Positions 1 through 12,423 of a stretch of 64,000 bases of DNA are shown here, one piece after another; positions within the stretch are counted from its first letter, which is position 1, and every line of letters starts with the position of its first letter. Location of the stretch: the NCBI RefSeq assembly GCF_009834535.1, contig NC_045710.1, forward strand, positions 21,700,001 to 21,764,000, in the 5' to 3' direction. Both the position numbers and the translations under genes were made by a program. The notes beneath the pieces were generated by a model. That model was not told the origin of the DNA. It worked only from the letters and a program-made list of their open reading frames with translations, and made no database searches. Source of the DNA: Camelus ferus. Taxonomy: Eukaryota.

Positions 1-501
1 AAGACAGAGAGTGTTTCCCTCCAGAGCATAAGGCAGGCATGACCACTATAAAAGATTCAGGTTCCCTAAGCTCCAGGTACCTCTCTTGTAACACAACCCA
101 TTGTGTGTGTGCAGGTGTCACCTGGCCCTCTTTATGTTCCCTAGGAGAATGGGGGTTAGGGGAACAGGTGCAAAAAATGCTGATATTCCGGCTTCTCCAC
201 TGCTGTGAACAACAAGCTATCCTGTCTCTGACCCAGGAACCTTATGGCTTCATTAGCCTCTGTGAAACAGCAGCCAGCTGGCCAGCTTGCAAGGAGGGTT
301 CCACCCGACCCTTCACAGTTCTACAGTTCTGGGCAGTAATGCCTTCAGAATTCTGAGGGCAAATGGTTTATCACCTTAGAATTTCATGCACAACCAAAGA
401 GAAAATACATGTGAGGTAGAATAAAGACATTTTTACAAAGTCAAATTCAAAAAAATACAATGTGTCCATTTTCGGGTATGCACTCTAGGATGTTGTCCAG
501 C

Positions 502-525
502 AAAAAAAAAAAAAAAAAAAAAAAA
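502..525 (+). repeat. Poly(A) tract (A24)
   Basis: Seen directly; no SINE or L1 body recognised upstream. Confidence 0.9.
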
Positions 526-3139
526 GAAGAAGACAAAAAGAGTGAGATGGATCTTTTTTTCAACCAAATTGGCCTAGTCATCAAATTTCAGTTTTCCACA
601 AACAAAAGACAATTTTTAAAATGTGGTACATTTTGAACTCCTTAGTTATGCTATATATAATACCAGTTTCATGTTTTTCTTGACTAGATTTTTAAAGTTG
701 CACCTTCTGGGGAGGGGGGGGAAGGAAAGAGAACAAGGGGCCTGGGATCTGGAGCTGAAAGAAGTGGATTCCAGTCCTACCTGCCCCGCTATCCCCCCGC
801 CCCCACCTGCGGTGTGTCCTTGGAGAAGCTACTGCACTGCTCTGAAACAGTTTTCTGCTCTGCAGACAGGAAATACCACCTTCCTTATGGGGCAGTTACA
901 GGCAAGGCCAGGGCATTTCATTTCACTGTAGCCTCAGTAGACCCTGGCTGCTTGCGTGGAGTAGGCATCGCTAGGTATTGATTTGATTGGAGCAAATTAA
1001 GAGTGATTTCTAAAGGCATTTAAAAATAGAAGCAAATGGCTGGTAAGTGGGGACAGGCCTGCCAAGAAGCTGGAGTTGGACTAGAAATGCTCCTTCAAAC
1101 TTCTGCTTGTGCTCAGTATTCTAGATTTTTCTTATAACTCTACCAGAGAAATAAAGAAGCCAAGGCAATGCGTTTGGGCTGCTGCAGTTAGAGAGAATGG
1201 GTAGACACGAGGCACAGGCGGTCAGACCTGTTTTCCCAGGAATTAGTTTGTTTCATGCTGGAGAATTAGCGCTGGGCCATACTGGGTTCCAATTAGAGAA
1301 CTCTTCCACATTAGAGTTTCGGGTTGTGGAATCTGAACTACACCCAGTGGTTGGAACACAGCTGCTGGTGCCACCCTGTCTTGCTATAGGTTCCCCGCAC
1401 CAGGCACCACTTCACAGGTTGGCCATTACCCTGAAGCTGCTTCAGTCTGATGTCCCAAAGCCAACTGTGGCAGGGGAGAGCAGTCAGTGGTCACCCCTCT
1501 GGGCTCTCTGCCTACTGCCCTGCCACTCTTAGGAGGGCCAGTCCTGTGCAGAGCACCTGAGTAACCTCGAGGACAGCAGGAGCTCCCTCAAGACAGTTCT
1601 GAATGTTCTGAGGTCCTGCTAAGTGTGTATTATCAATTCCCCAGGGCAGCAGGGAGAAGCACCTGACTATCCATCAACAGAGGCTAGGTCTGAGAGGTTT
1701 TCATCAGCTTCACGATCCAAGAGGATGTTCTTAGCAGTTAGGATGAACTACTGCCTGCTTGTGCTGCCTAAGTTGCAAGGGTCTGTTCTGGACAGAAAAA
1801 TGTCTATGACCTTGGCATGGCTGATTGGACAAAGGAGTAACGAGGGTGTAGCTTAACCTGGAAAATCTAGTTTGGTCCACCTGGGGGCAGGCGGAGAGGG
1901 TCAGTTCAACATGTGCCCTTTGGGGGCTGATGCTGCCAGATGCAGGTGGGTCTCTTCCTTGGAGGTGCATACAAGCAAATGGGGATCGGGGGATAGATAC
2001 ACGAACAGAGGAGGTGCTGGTTATGGAGTAAGTGCTACATCACCTGTTTGTGGGGGTGCTGTGCTCAGTGAAAGACATGGACACAGAGCCTTCCATGAGG
2101 ACACAGGGTACCACAGGGACACAGAGGGAACACCTAGCCTCCCTGCATCCCATCTGCTGGGAGGCCCAGAAGTGGGTTCCTAGGAGATGGCTCAGCCTTC
2201 CTGTGGTCCCATGTTCTTCTCCAATCTCTAAATGAACCATCACAAGTTCATAAAGATAATGAACTTGTTGTATGTCGTTATATAGCCATCATATTATCAC
2301 CAGGAATGAGCCAGGGGTTCCAAGACAGTGAGAAGAAGCAGATTTGGGTTCCTGTGTCTGGAATTCCACCCTCTCTTCCTCTTGTCCTATCAGCCTTACC
2401 ACTCAGCCGTCCCATCTGTCTATCCATCCTTTGAGAAGCCTTCCCAGTCCCTCCTCTGTGAACTTTGTACTCAAGTGACCTCTTATAGCCAAAGTGACCC
2501 TGAGCACGCCCTCCCTCCCACTCTCTCTGCCTCCCCCACCGCCCACAACTCTCTCTAAAATAAAACCCATTTTTCTTCACTCATTGTCTTTGAGGCCAAG
2601 GTTGGTGGCCAGCTCCTTTCATCATGCTTGTCACATGACAGGTGCTTAGTAAATATTTATTGCTTAGTGATTTACAGATGCATTTGGGGCTGAACTGTCG
2701 TGCACTCGAGGCAGCGCGGCCCCTGAGAAGAGGCGGACCGCTCTGCCATGTATCAGTCGGACAACCTTGACTGGTTATTTCACTTCTGAGACTCAAATTC
2801 CTCATCTGTAAAATCTGTGCAACCACCTACCTGATAGGATACTGTCAGCATTCCTCAAAGTAGTGACTGTAGAGCCCCAAAGCATACAGTTGGCACATAA
2901 CTATAGCTCCCCCAATGCTAGTTCCCTTCCCCCTGCCCACCTCAAGGAGGACGGCTGATGGATGGATGGATCTGAGGGTCACCGTGGCTGACAGTTGTCA
3001 AAGATGTAAAACGACTTAATGTATCAGCGAGCCATTACTAAGGGCCTGTGCGTGAGGGACTCCCCCGTACCTGCAGCACTTTCTTTCTGGTGTGGACACG
3101 AGTGCCTGCCGCTCTATCCTCAACGTGAGAGGCCGCAGA

Positions 3140-3405
3140 GCCTGGTGGTTAGGAACCCAGACTTCTGGAGTGGACTTCTGGGGCCCGAATCTCACGTCTA
3201 CTACCAGTTGCTTGACTTTAGGCAAGAGACTTATTAACTTTCTTGGCTTTCGAGTTACTCACTTGTAAGATGGAGCTAGTAATAGCTAGTATGATATTAT
3301 ACAGCTACAATTATCAGGAAGATTGACTAAGTTAAATTCTTTAAAACTCTTAGAACAATGCCAAGCGCAGCGTAAGCTCTGTGTAAGTAGTTGCTATGCT
3401 ACTAG
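3140..3405 (+). mobile_element. MIR SINE, near full length, degenerate
   Basis: gtggttaggaacccagacttctggag...ctcacttgtaagatgg...cttagaacaatgcc follows the MIR consensus order. Confidence 0.7.
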
Positions 3406-3599
3406 TCTTCTTTTGTGTGTCTGAAATGTTTTATGATTAAATGCTTAAGCCTGGTTATCCAATCCTCAAATAGAACAATTAAATGTGCGCCCACGAAGGC
3501 AGTCGCTCAGCAGGCGGAATAGGACCCATCTGGCATTAAGGCCCTTCCCCCGCCTTGCTCCATCCCCTCCCCTCACCCTCCTTCTCCTCCCACATCTGC

Positions 3600-4150
3600 C
3601 ACCAGCATCTCCCATAATCATTGTCTACTGTCCACTCTGACTGATGCTGACATAGTTCAGGCCTCATAATCTTCTTGGGCTACTTCTGGAGTCTCCGGCA
3701 GGCCCAGAATCTTGTCACAGAATCTCACCTCCAAACCATATTAACTCTCTGTTATCCTATCCGTCTTCCTCCACTTACACTCTGGTTGATGTTACTCCTT
3801 TGCTCTAACACCTTCAGTAGCTCCCAACTACTTATCCAATTAAGTTCAGTTTCTTCTGCCTGGCACTCAAGGCCCTGTCTCTCGCCCTATTTGACCCCCC
3901 ACTTTCTTCCATGTCTTCTACACCTCAGGCTGCTTGACCTGCTCCATGTTATCTGAGAAAGGCCCATTATTTCCTGCTTCTGTCCCTTTGTTCAGGCTGT
4001 TCTTATCACCTGAATGTGTCCCCGTCTATCCTTTTCAAGTGTCACATACATTTGTATGTTTCAAACTCATCTCATATGGGGTCTTTTCTTCCTTTGAACC
4101 TCATAGTTCTTTATTTGACCCTCTTTTCTGATACAACGTTCTGTCTAAAC
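3600..4150 (+). mobile_element. L2 LINE fragment (degenerate)
   Basis: C/T-rich stretch resembling the L2 3' region. Confidence 0.4.
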
Positions 4151-4984
4151 TGCTTTGGGTCCTTAACATCATATCCCCTTGCTCAGGACCAAGTGTCCTA
4201 TAAAGCCAGTTTGGGGAGATAGATCAGACCCCACTCCCTGAGCAGGGGACTCCACTGAAAGGCAGGCAGAAGCCCAGGGTCCTGGGTGCTGGGGCCGAGC
4301 TGGACACAGTGTTTTGACAGTGTCTGAGGCAACACCAAAACTGAGAATCACACAGAAGCAGGTTGACAAGCGAAGAGAAGCAGAATTCAGGTGTGAGAGC
4401 TGAATTCTTAGGTTAGACAGAAGATTCAAACAGTGTAGGAAGCAGAGCTAGAGACGTTTCTGGTGATGGGGTGCGGTGTGACGGACCCACGAGGGAGGAG
4501 AGAGCTTCCGAGGACGCGCAGCCAGGCCTCTGTTACTCACACGCCGGTCCTCTGTTCTTGTCTGTAACACGCTGACACTGAATGACACGGCTTCCCCACG
4601 GGGCTCCGCACAGACTGTGGCACACACAGTGGCAGACCCCATCAGTGTGCACACAGGAGGAATGAACATACAGGCTGAGGAAGCTCCAGGCAAGGCAAAT
4701 GGCTGAAAATGCAGGCAAGGAAGGGTCAAGACCAGCGAGGGGTTCGCCATTTCCCTCGGAACCAAAGAGCAGGGCTCAGAGGCTTTGGGTCCTCTACCAG
4801 CCTGGCAACTCCCAGGGGGTCCCCAGTCCTACCCTGACCTCTAAGTGACCTCTGAGGACTGAGGGGCAGCCCTCACCACTCCCAGGCCCTGCCCTCTGCT
4901 CTGGAGACTGATGTTTAATCCTCACAATAAAATGATAAGGACAACCTACACTTTTGGACATAATACATGCATGGCTCTGTGCTG

Positions 4985-5165
4985 AGAATATCACAGGAGT
5001 CATTTCATTTAACCTCACAAAAAACATATGAGATAGGTACAACTATGAGCCCCATTCAGAGAGGAGAAAGTTGAGTTCAGAGAAGTTGAGTAATTTGCTC
5101 CTTGTCACACAGCTAGGAACTGGAAGAGCCAGGATCTGAACCTAAGTCCATGAGGCCAGCTACTG
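4985..5165 (-). mobile_element. MIR SINE
   Basis: tttaacctcacaa...gagaaagttgagttcagagaagttgagtaatttgctcc...cacacagctagg...ccaggatctgaacc. Confidence 0.7.
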
Positions 5166-5342
5166 CACTTTACAGGAGCATGTTGGCCAAAGAAAAAGGG
5201 GAGACCAGGCTTTTTTCTTTGTCAGGTAGGAGGAACTGGGACACCATTCAGTTAACGGGGAGGAGGCAGCAGGGGCAGGGCAGGGAGGCATCACTGAAGG
5301 AGCAAGAAGGGAGGAGGAGAATCAAGGCACAGGCGAGCAGTG

Positions 5343-5357
5343 CGGGGGGGGGGGGGG
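5343..5357 (+). repeat. Poly(G) tract
   Basis: Run of ~15 G seen directly. Confidence 0.85.
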
Positions 5358-6092
5358 GAGAGGCAGCAGCCCAGCTGCTGGGGGAAAGAGGAGGGAGTTC
5401 GTTCCAGGAGACCTCAAACCCCTCCACTAAATGAGGAGAAAGTTACTTTTAGTACCAGGCAGGGGCAGTAGGAGGAATTTGGGCCTGGGTGGAATGAAGG
5501 TATTCAGTCTCCTGGCTGTGCAGACAGACCTGGGGCATCTCCTCAAGCTCAGGACAGACGGCAGAATGGAAAAAAACGTCCTGCTGAGCTGGTTACCTCC
5601 CCAATCCTACACCTCAGCGCTATCTATAAATGAGAGCAGCTTTGGAAAGAGCTGTGTCTCTCTGTCACTCCTATTTAGTCCCTGGCTGTCAGCTCCTTTG
5701 GGGGAAGGGACCTCTTCTCTCCTCTATCCTAGGGATGAATGAAGCCCCACTGGTGAAGCCACTTTGCCTTCTGGAGGGAAGGGAGACGCAGAGCAGCTGA
5801 TGCCCCAACAGCTTGCCGGGCCATCACCAAGGGCAGCCCTTGGCCCCAGCTCTGTGGCCGGCCCAGGGAGGGCTGTGCTTTGGAGGCTGGAACTTCTCAG
5901 ACAGACTTCTGGCGAGCCTCCTGCCGGGTGTTCAGGGCTCCCTGTTGCACTGGGCAGTGAGTTATTGCAGCCTGTTATCTTCAGCAGCAGGTGGAAGCAT
6001 CCTGGGCTGCTCTCCGTCCTGTGAGCGAAGCCAGGGAATATTTACTGGCTCTACTGAAGAAGGTAACCAGCCCTGTCACAGCACAGAGGATG

Positions 6093-6300
6093 NNNNNNNN
6101 NNNNNNNNNNNNNNNNNNNNNNNNNNNNNNNNNNNNNNNNNNNNNNNNNNNNNNNNNNNNNNNNNNNNNNNNNNNNNNNNNNNNNNNNNNNNNNNNNNNN
6201 NNNNNNNNNNNNNNNNNNNNNNNNNNNNNNNNNNNNNNNNNNNNNNNNNNNNNNNNNNNNNNNNNNNNNNNNNNNNNNNNNNNNNNNNNNNNNNNNNNNN
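6093..6300. other. Assembly gap (208 N)
   Basis: N run seen directly. Confidence 1.
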
Positions 6301-9300
6301 AATGGAAAAGCGCTTGGAGCTTTGGATTTTGCTAATCCAAGTTGGGCTGACTGAGACCTTAGACCACCGGGGAGCTTGAGAGGTTGGCTCTGCCTGCTAG
6401 GGAGAAGAGGTTCCCACCCATCGTGTGCGACAAGGCCACCATGAGAGCACAGCTGCTAGAGCTCTCACGCAATCCCTCTGCGTGCCAGATGCTGCTCCAG
6501 GTCTTGTCAGGTGCCAAAGGAACAGATAGGTCAGGGTGCTGTCTCCCCAGGAAGCAAATGTGCAGAATGGGGCAAGGGAGGAGGCTTAACTCTGCCGCAG
6601 GTAAACACAGGTAAAAGGTGAGCTTCTCCCTGAAGGCCGGCCAGGACTCTGGTTGCCAGGTGCCAGGGAATCTGTCTGAGATACTTGCAGAGGAGATGCA
6701 AGTGCTCCCCTCTAACCTCCCATCACCATCCCTCGGCGTTTCTGAGAACAGTCTCTCTTGCCAGGCTCAATTGCAGTATTAAAGATGTCCATGACTGATA
6801 GTTCATTCCAGCGAGCACTTTCAGTATTAAACTCTGTCATTATGAAGTAAAATATGCATGATCCCTAAATCTGTGTGTATTATAACAGGATGTCATTGTT
6901 ATCAATTTGTCTTCCCCGTCCTCCATTTCTGCCTTTGCTGTCTTTCTCAGACTCTAATGTCTGATAGCTAGAGCTGGGAGATAATCAGGAAGCGGTACTA
7001 AAGAAGCACAGGCTTGTTCTCTGACTCACTGATATGGTCCCAGAGCCAGTGGGAAAGACAGTGGTGACAGCTAATTATAGCACTAAGGAATTCTGGTCTG
7101 AGCTGACCCGGGAAGCCCCCTCCCACAAACACACATCATCAGTATGGGGTAAAATATAATAAAATGATTTGAAGTCACAGCTGCATTTGAAAGGAAGGAA
7201 AGAAAAATTCCAGATTCCAGAAATGAGTAGGAATTCAAAGCCAGCATGGTGAATGAGCGTTGGAGGGGAACTGAAGCCAGATGTGTACAATCAGGGCTGG
7301 GGTTTCAACACCCAAGTGGCAGCAGATATGGAGATCACCACATCGTGAGTGGCTAGGGCCAGAAAGGAGACCCTACATTTAGTCGGGTGCTTAGAAAGGC
7401 TCAACAAACCCCACCTACCAGCTGGGTAAGTGGTGACCGCACGGGAAGCGGGATAACAATTTGGGTAGAGAAAGGATAATCTGTGAAGGATCAAAATCCA
7501 AGCTTGTGCCAACATGGCTGTAGGGTCTGGATTCATAGCATTTTCACAGTGTGCAGACTACAATTGGAAAAGTCAGTGTACAAACTGGTTTGAACACAAT
7601 GGAACCCAATGGAGGCAAACTTAAACCTTCCCCAAGGCATGCCTCCACAACCTGGAGGAAACAACTCCCGCTGAAGATGAGCTCACACAGAGAAATCACA
7701 CAGCACATAAGAAAAGAAACAGCCAAGAGAGTGAGTCTCAGATCCAATATGGCACCCAGCTTGGCCCATCCACTCAACACCGTTATCCCTCTGACTCTAT
7801 CCAGCCGCTAGAGAGTGCCTGAAGCCCTGACTCTTTTTTTCCAGTTCATGAGTGTATATAATGCATGTATAAATTCCCTTCAGTTAATTTGCACACCACA
7901 TCAATTAGACACTGAGAAACGTGTACTGTTCACACCTAGCCAGATGTGATCCCTGCTGATGGGTTGCTACCACACCTGGCCACCTATCCCCTGGCAGTGT
8001 GATGAGGCTACCCTGGAGTGGGGACTCTCCAAGCTCGGTTTGGGGTCTCAATCTCACAAGCCCATAAAATATGAAAAGCGTAGGTCCTTTTTTATTTTCA
8101 TACACTGACATTATTGACAAGCTTTCACTCTCACCCACAACTACCAGTGGCCTCCAAAGTGGATGTGTCAGGTTCCTGAAATCTGGTATTCAAACTCAAT
8201 GATCACAGTTGACCAAGGACTCTAATGCAGCATCCGCCAAAAGACATGACCTCCAGGCAAAGCTTGGCCACCGCTGCTCAGAGACACGACTGCAGGATGC
8301 AGGCATCTCAGGCTGGAGCAGGTTGCTGTTCGCCCAGGGATCATCAGCTTTGTCTTGAATTGGTGGAGCTGTGGAACTGCTGCTATTCTTGCTTTTAAAT
8401 CACAAATTGCTCTTGCCTTGGCTTCATCACCATCAGTTTAATGGTGAGAGGGTGCCTGGAGAACCCTACGCAGCTATGTGATCCCTATTTGCATTAACTT
8501 CTGTTTTCCACTAAGGAGGCCTTAAGATGCACACCCTGCAGCTTGCATGTGAACCTTCGATATCTCCATGAGCAGATTACCCCCACATCCTTCACAGAGA
8601 GTCTTCGTTATAGTCCCAAGGGCTTCCACTAGGAAGAGGCAGGTCAGTGAGATCACTAAGCGTTAGCTTTTCTGCCACATTAAAGCAGCTGAGATTAAAA
8701 ATAACGTTTGTCCCTCTGGGGCTGAGGCCTCCATTTCTGCTACCCCACTTCCTTGGGTGTTCAAGAGAGATCTATGGCCACCTGCACCCTGTGACCTAAA
8801 GGGCAGTAAATAAGTAACATCACTTTATCTTGCCCCCAGGGAACTGCCCGACAGGCACAGAAACAGAGGGAGACAAAGAGACAGAGGAGGACAATCCCTG
8901 CTCCTTTAGTTATGTCAGTGCAGTGTCTGATTCCCCTAGTTAGGGGAGAGGGCGCTGGTGAAACCATCTGTTCTTCTCTGCAAGACTGGTTTAAATCCCG
9001 TGGACACACAGCCTTCAGGAGCCAACAGAACATCTTCCATAGATGTCTTTATATATTACACACTTCCTTTCCTTTTCACAGTGGGGAGGGAAACAGCCCC
9101 ACAAAAGAGGCAGGTTGTAAGTAAATAAGGCAAGAGGAGGACTGCACAGAGACGACTGCTGGGGAAATGCTGGGCCCGCGCACGCAGCCTTCTCTTTCCA
9201 CGTCTGCAGGAGTCCATGGCCATGGACTGTTTAACAATGAGCTTGAACGTGCCCCATTCCTGAAGTCTTTCTGGTTGCAGGGGAGACAGACACCTGTTTC

Positions 9301-9314
9301 AGGTAGAAGATCGG

Positions 9315-9940
9315 AGATGGATTCTAAAATGGCTCCCAGTGACCCCCACTTCTGGCTTCAGCTCTCTCATGTCGTCCTCTCCCCTTGAGTGTGGCTGTGC
9401 CCAGGGACTTGCTTCTCTCAAACAGAATGTGCCCAAAGTGATGGGAGGTAACTCAGTGCACTGATTCCCAGGCTTCTTGAAGGAAGAGAGCTCCCAGATA
9501 CCACTGTCCTGCAGCAGTGGCTCAAGGTCCTCATCACTACCCCTTTCTGGAGTGCTAGACAGGCTGCCGCGGATGCTCTTGCTATGTTTTTGAATTCCAC
9601 TGCCTTTCCCGTATTCAGGGACAGATAGAGGTTGGAAAGAACTCTGACTTCCGTTTTGCTGGCACGTGTGCCTTCCCGGCTGACTTGCTTTGATGAAATG
9701 GGTTGCGGGGTTGGAGAGGCCTATATGGCAAGGAATGGAGGGAAGCTTCTGGCCAACAGCCTGCGAAGAACCAAGTCCTACCAACAACCACTGCAATCTT
9801 GATTGCAGACTTTAAAGTCACCCTGAAGCCGGGCACCCAGTGAGGCCGTGCCTCATAGAAACCAGGAGATAGCAAAGGCGTGCTGCTTTAAGCTGCCAAA
9901 TTTTGGGGTTATTTGTTACTCAGCGGCAGACAGCTAAGAC
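9315..9940 (+). mobile_element. MaLR LTR (MLT1D/E/F-like), solo
   Basis: aaaatggctcccagtgacccccac...ccccttgagtgtgg...ggcaaggaa...ggccaacagcc...ttttaagctgccaaattttggggttatttgttac are MLT1 hallmarks. Confidence 0.75.
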
Positions 9941-10519
9941 CAAGACCATTACTAATCAGCATGTGGTGAACTTACCTTGGCTGAGAATATTTTGGGAACT
10001 TTTAAACAATTGGGTTAGTTCTTTTCTTAAACTCTAGTGATTATGAATGGACAACCACAGTACCCCTTTCTCAGAACACACTGGGGATCTGTTAGAGAAG
10101 ATCCTAACAAGATCCCCCTGTTAGTCATTGCACACCAATGACTGCAGACTATAAAGCTATACAGGCCCACAGAGACAAAAAGGATGGCAACTGTAACCAG
10201 GGAGGAGCCTGGGTCCTACTGTGGACCTACTGCACGGGGGGTCTCCACAGGGGGAGCTAGGGGCTCCTGGATGAGATGAGCTGCGTATCCCTGGGTAAAA
10301 CCACTGCTGTGCTCTGACTCCCCTACTTGACATCACAGAAAATGAAAGACCACAAAAGTTACATGTTCTTTTAAGGTCACACAGCCTGTCGATGGCAGCT
10401 CAGGGTCAGGACATAGGTTTCCCATCTCCCTGTCCTCTTCCTTGTCCACCTGCCAAAGGACCCCACCACCCCTATACCCCTATTGAAAGAGAACTGAGCC
10501 GAGCTCTGAGCTGACATAA

Positions 10520-10570
10520 GTAGAAACAAAGTAAGAGATACACAGAGAAAGCTTCTAAGGTTCCTTTATT
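10520..10570 (-). terminator. GALNT14: Polyadenylation signal AATAAA (10565-10570) with downstream GU/U-rich element
   Basis: Plus-strand tttatt = AATAAA on minus; followed on minus by GCTTTCTCTGTGTATCTCTTACTTTGTTTCT. Confidence 0.8.
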
Positions 10571-10937
10571 TGCTTTGGAAACGACCTCCATTCTTCACCT
10601 CTCAACTGAGTCCTGGCCTAGTGACAAGGTAGACTTTCCTCTCTAGCTTCTTTTGTAAGGAAGGGAACAACATTGATACTTCCCCTCAGATTTCTGTCTC
10701 CAGGTACCAGTCGGGGACAGACTGGGCCAGGACTGGAACTTAACAGCATTGAGAACACGCGGGATCTGTCTCTGAGTTCCACTTGGCTTGCAAGTTCTTC
10801 CTGCATCCTCCCTGAGACAGCCTCTGCCTCCCAGTTCAGGGTGTCTGTGGTGACAGCGGGCTGCATGCAGCCTGATTTCCAGCCTGCTGCTCCTCCGGCG
10901 ATGTGCCACCCCACAGCCCCCACTGGTTCCTGGGTCT
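10548..10937 (-). other. GALNT14: GALNT14 3' UTR (~390 nt)
   Basis: Lies between the stop codon and the AATAAA signal; the cleavage site is estimated. Confidence 0.75.
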
Positions 10938-11096
10938 TCAAGAGCTCATCATGTCCCAGTGCTGGCTCATAAGTGAGGACTCACACGGGTTGACAACGAT
11001 TTCCCTGCCATTTTCAGTGCCATCACCAAACATGTCTGTGTCGAGGCAGAGGTGGAATGCCATGTGCTCAATGCGGGAACCAGTCTTGGTCCATTG
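10938..11096 (-). CDS. GALNT14: GALNT14 last coding exon 15 (159 coding nt incl. TGA), lectin gamma repeat
   Basis: Translates [52 protein letters not shown]; CAG acceptor; stop at 10938-10940. Confidence 0.97.
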   Translation of the reverse strand, partial: QWTKTGSRIEHMAFHLCLDTDMFGDGTENGREIVVNPCESSLMSQHWDMMSS

Positions 11097-11699
11097 CTGG
11101 GAAGACGGAGAGGAGAGAGGATGAGCCAGAATTCTCTGGCCAAGGCCCCAGGTCCTATCAATAATATTGGGCGCTCCAGCATAATTAAAAACATTTACAC
11201 CATATGGCTAGGGGCATCTAGAGACTTGACTTCATGGTCTCATGGAGGAAGAAAATCGCAACTAATTGCTTTGCCAGGTATTGTTCTTGTTTTTTTGTTT
11301 TTTTTTTTTCCATTGGATAAAAAAGTAAAAGCGAAATCAATATGTTTGCTAGGAAAACCCATTAGACAGCAATAACTTTCCAAGCAATAGGCCAGAAAAT
11401 GTGAAGTGAGTTAGTCACAGAAGCAGCTAAAGAAATGATCCACACGTGGTGTCTGCACTGTCAGGAAGAAGTGGGAGAAAGCTGGGGGACGGCGATGCCA
11501 AGGGCAGGGGGCTCCTGGGCAGCACCCGATGCCTGAACCGTTGCTCATCCCAAGTGTTCCAGCACACGAGGGCCTAAGCAGAGAGGGGGTCTCATGCTGC
11601 TGACAGTGGACTTCACTTCGCATGACAAGGAGGGAGGGGGTGGACACACACTGTGGAATCACCACTGACCAGGTACCATGGGCCATCTCAGCTAATTGC

Positions 11700-11835
11700 T
11701 CTAACAGTTACCCTGTATGATGGGCATCATCAACCTAACACAGAGGAGAAAACTGAAGCCCAGAGAGGTCCAGTAACCTGCCAAAGGTCACACAGCCAGT
11801 GAGCCATACCATGGGCATTTGAATCTCAGTCTAAC
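11700..11835 (-). mobile_element. MIR SINE
   Basis: gaggagaaaactgaagcccagagagg...ctgccaaaggtcacacagcc. Confidence 0.7.
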
Positions 11836-12303
11836 ACCAGAATCCAGTTGGTAGGAAATTGAGTGGAGCCAACACCTTGCTGCTAGAGGAACTTGGCATG
11901 TAGTGTGTCTAGAGTGCTATGAATTTTGGTGGACGTCCCACCAGAGCCCACGGCTCCCCTCAAAGGCAAAGGCTGACTCTTGCTCATCCCTGTGGCCCTG
12001 AAGGCTGGTCCCAGGACTCTCCTACTCTGGGATCCTGGGTGGGCGTCGGAGCACTAGATACACATGCAAGGTGAAGTCCGACGAGGTCAGCAGGCTTTCA
12101 CGTGGCAGCTGAACACTGCTGTGGGCACCATGGATGTATCAGAGGAGCCCTTCCCTCCCTCTGCTAACCAGAAGGACCTCTTTCTTACCATCATCATCTC
12201 TTCTACAGCTTTTCTCTTTTTCTGCCCATGAGACTTAGACCTACTCAGGCAGCCATGGTATTGAAGGTGGCCATGTCCCAGGGTGGATGCACTGAGCACT
12301 TAC

Positions 12304-12423
12304 CTGTTTCTCATCTCCATTCTTGCAAAGGGCAAGAACCACAGGGGCGCCCGGGAACCCGGTGATGACCGACAGGCACAGTTCCTCTTGGACAATCTGC
12401 TGGGTGTACGTGAAGGCCCAGAT
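12304..12423 (-). CDS. GALNT14: GALNT14 coding exon 14 (120 nt), ricin-type lectin beta repeat
   Basis: Translates [40 protein letters not shown]; CAG/GTAAGT sites. Confidence 0.96.

Noticed and set aside
5813-6379. 188-aa and 114-aa ORFs
   Set aside because: Length is inflated by the N gap
1-10500. Possible neighbouring gene exons downstream of GALNT14 (CAPN13 is the human neighbour)
   Set aside because: No calpain-like or other recognisable peptide in any frame; appears intergenic
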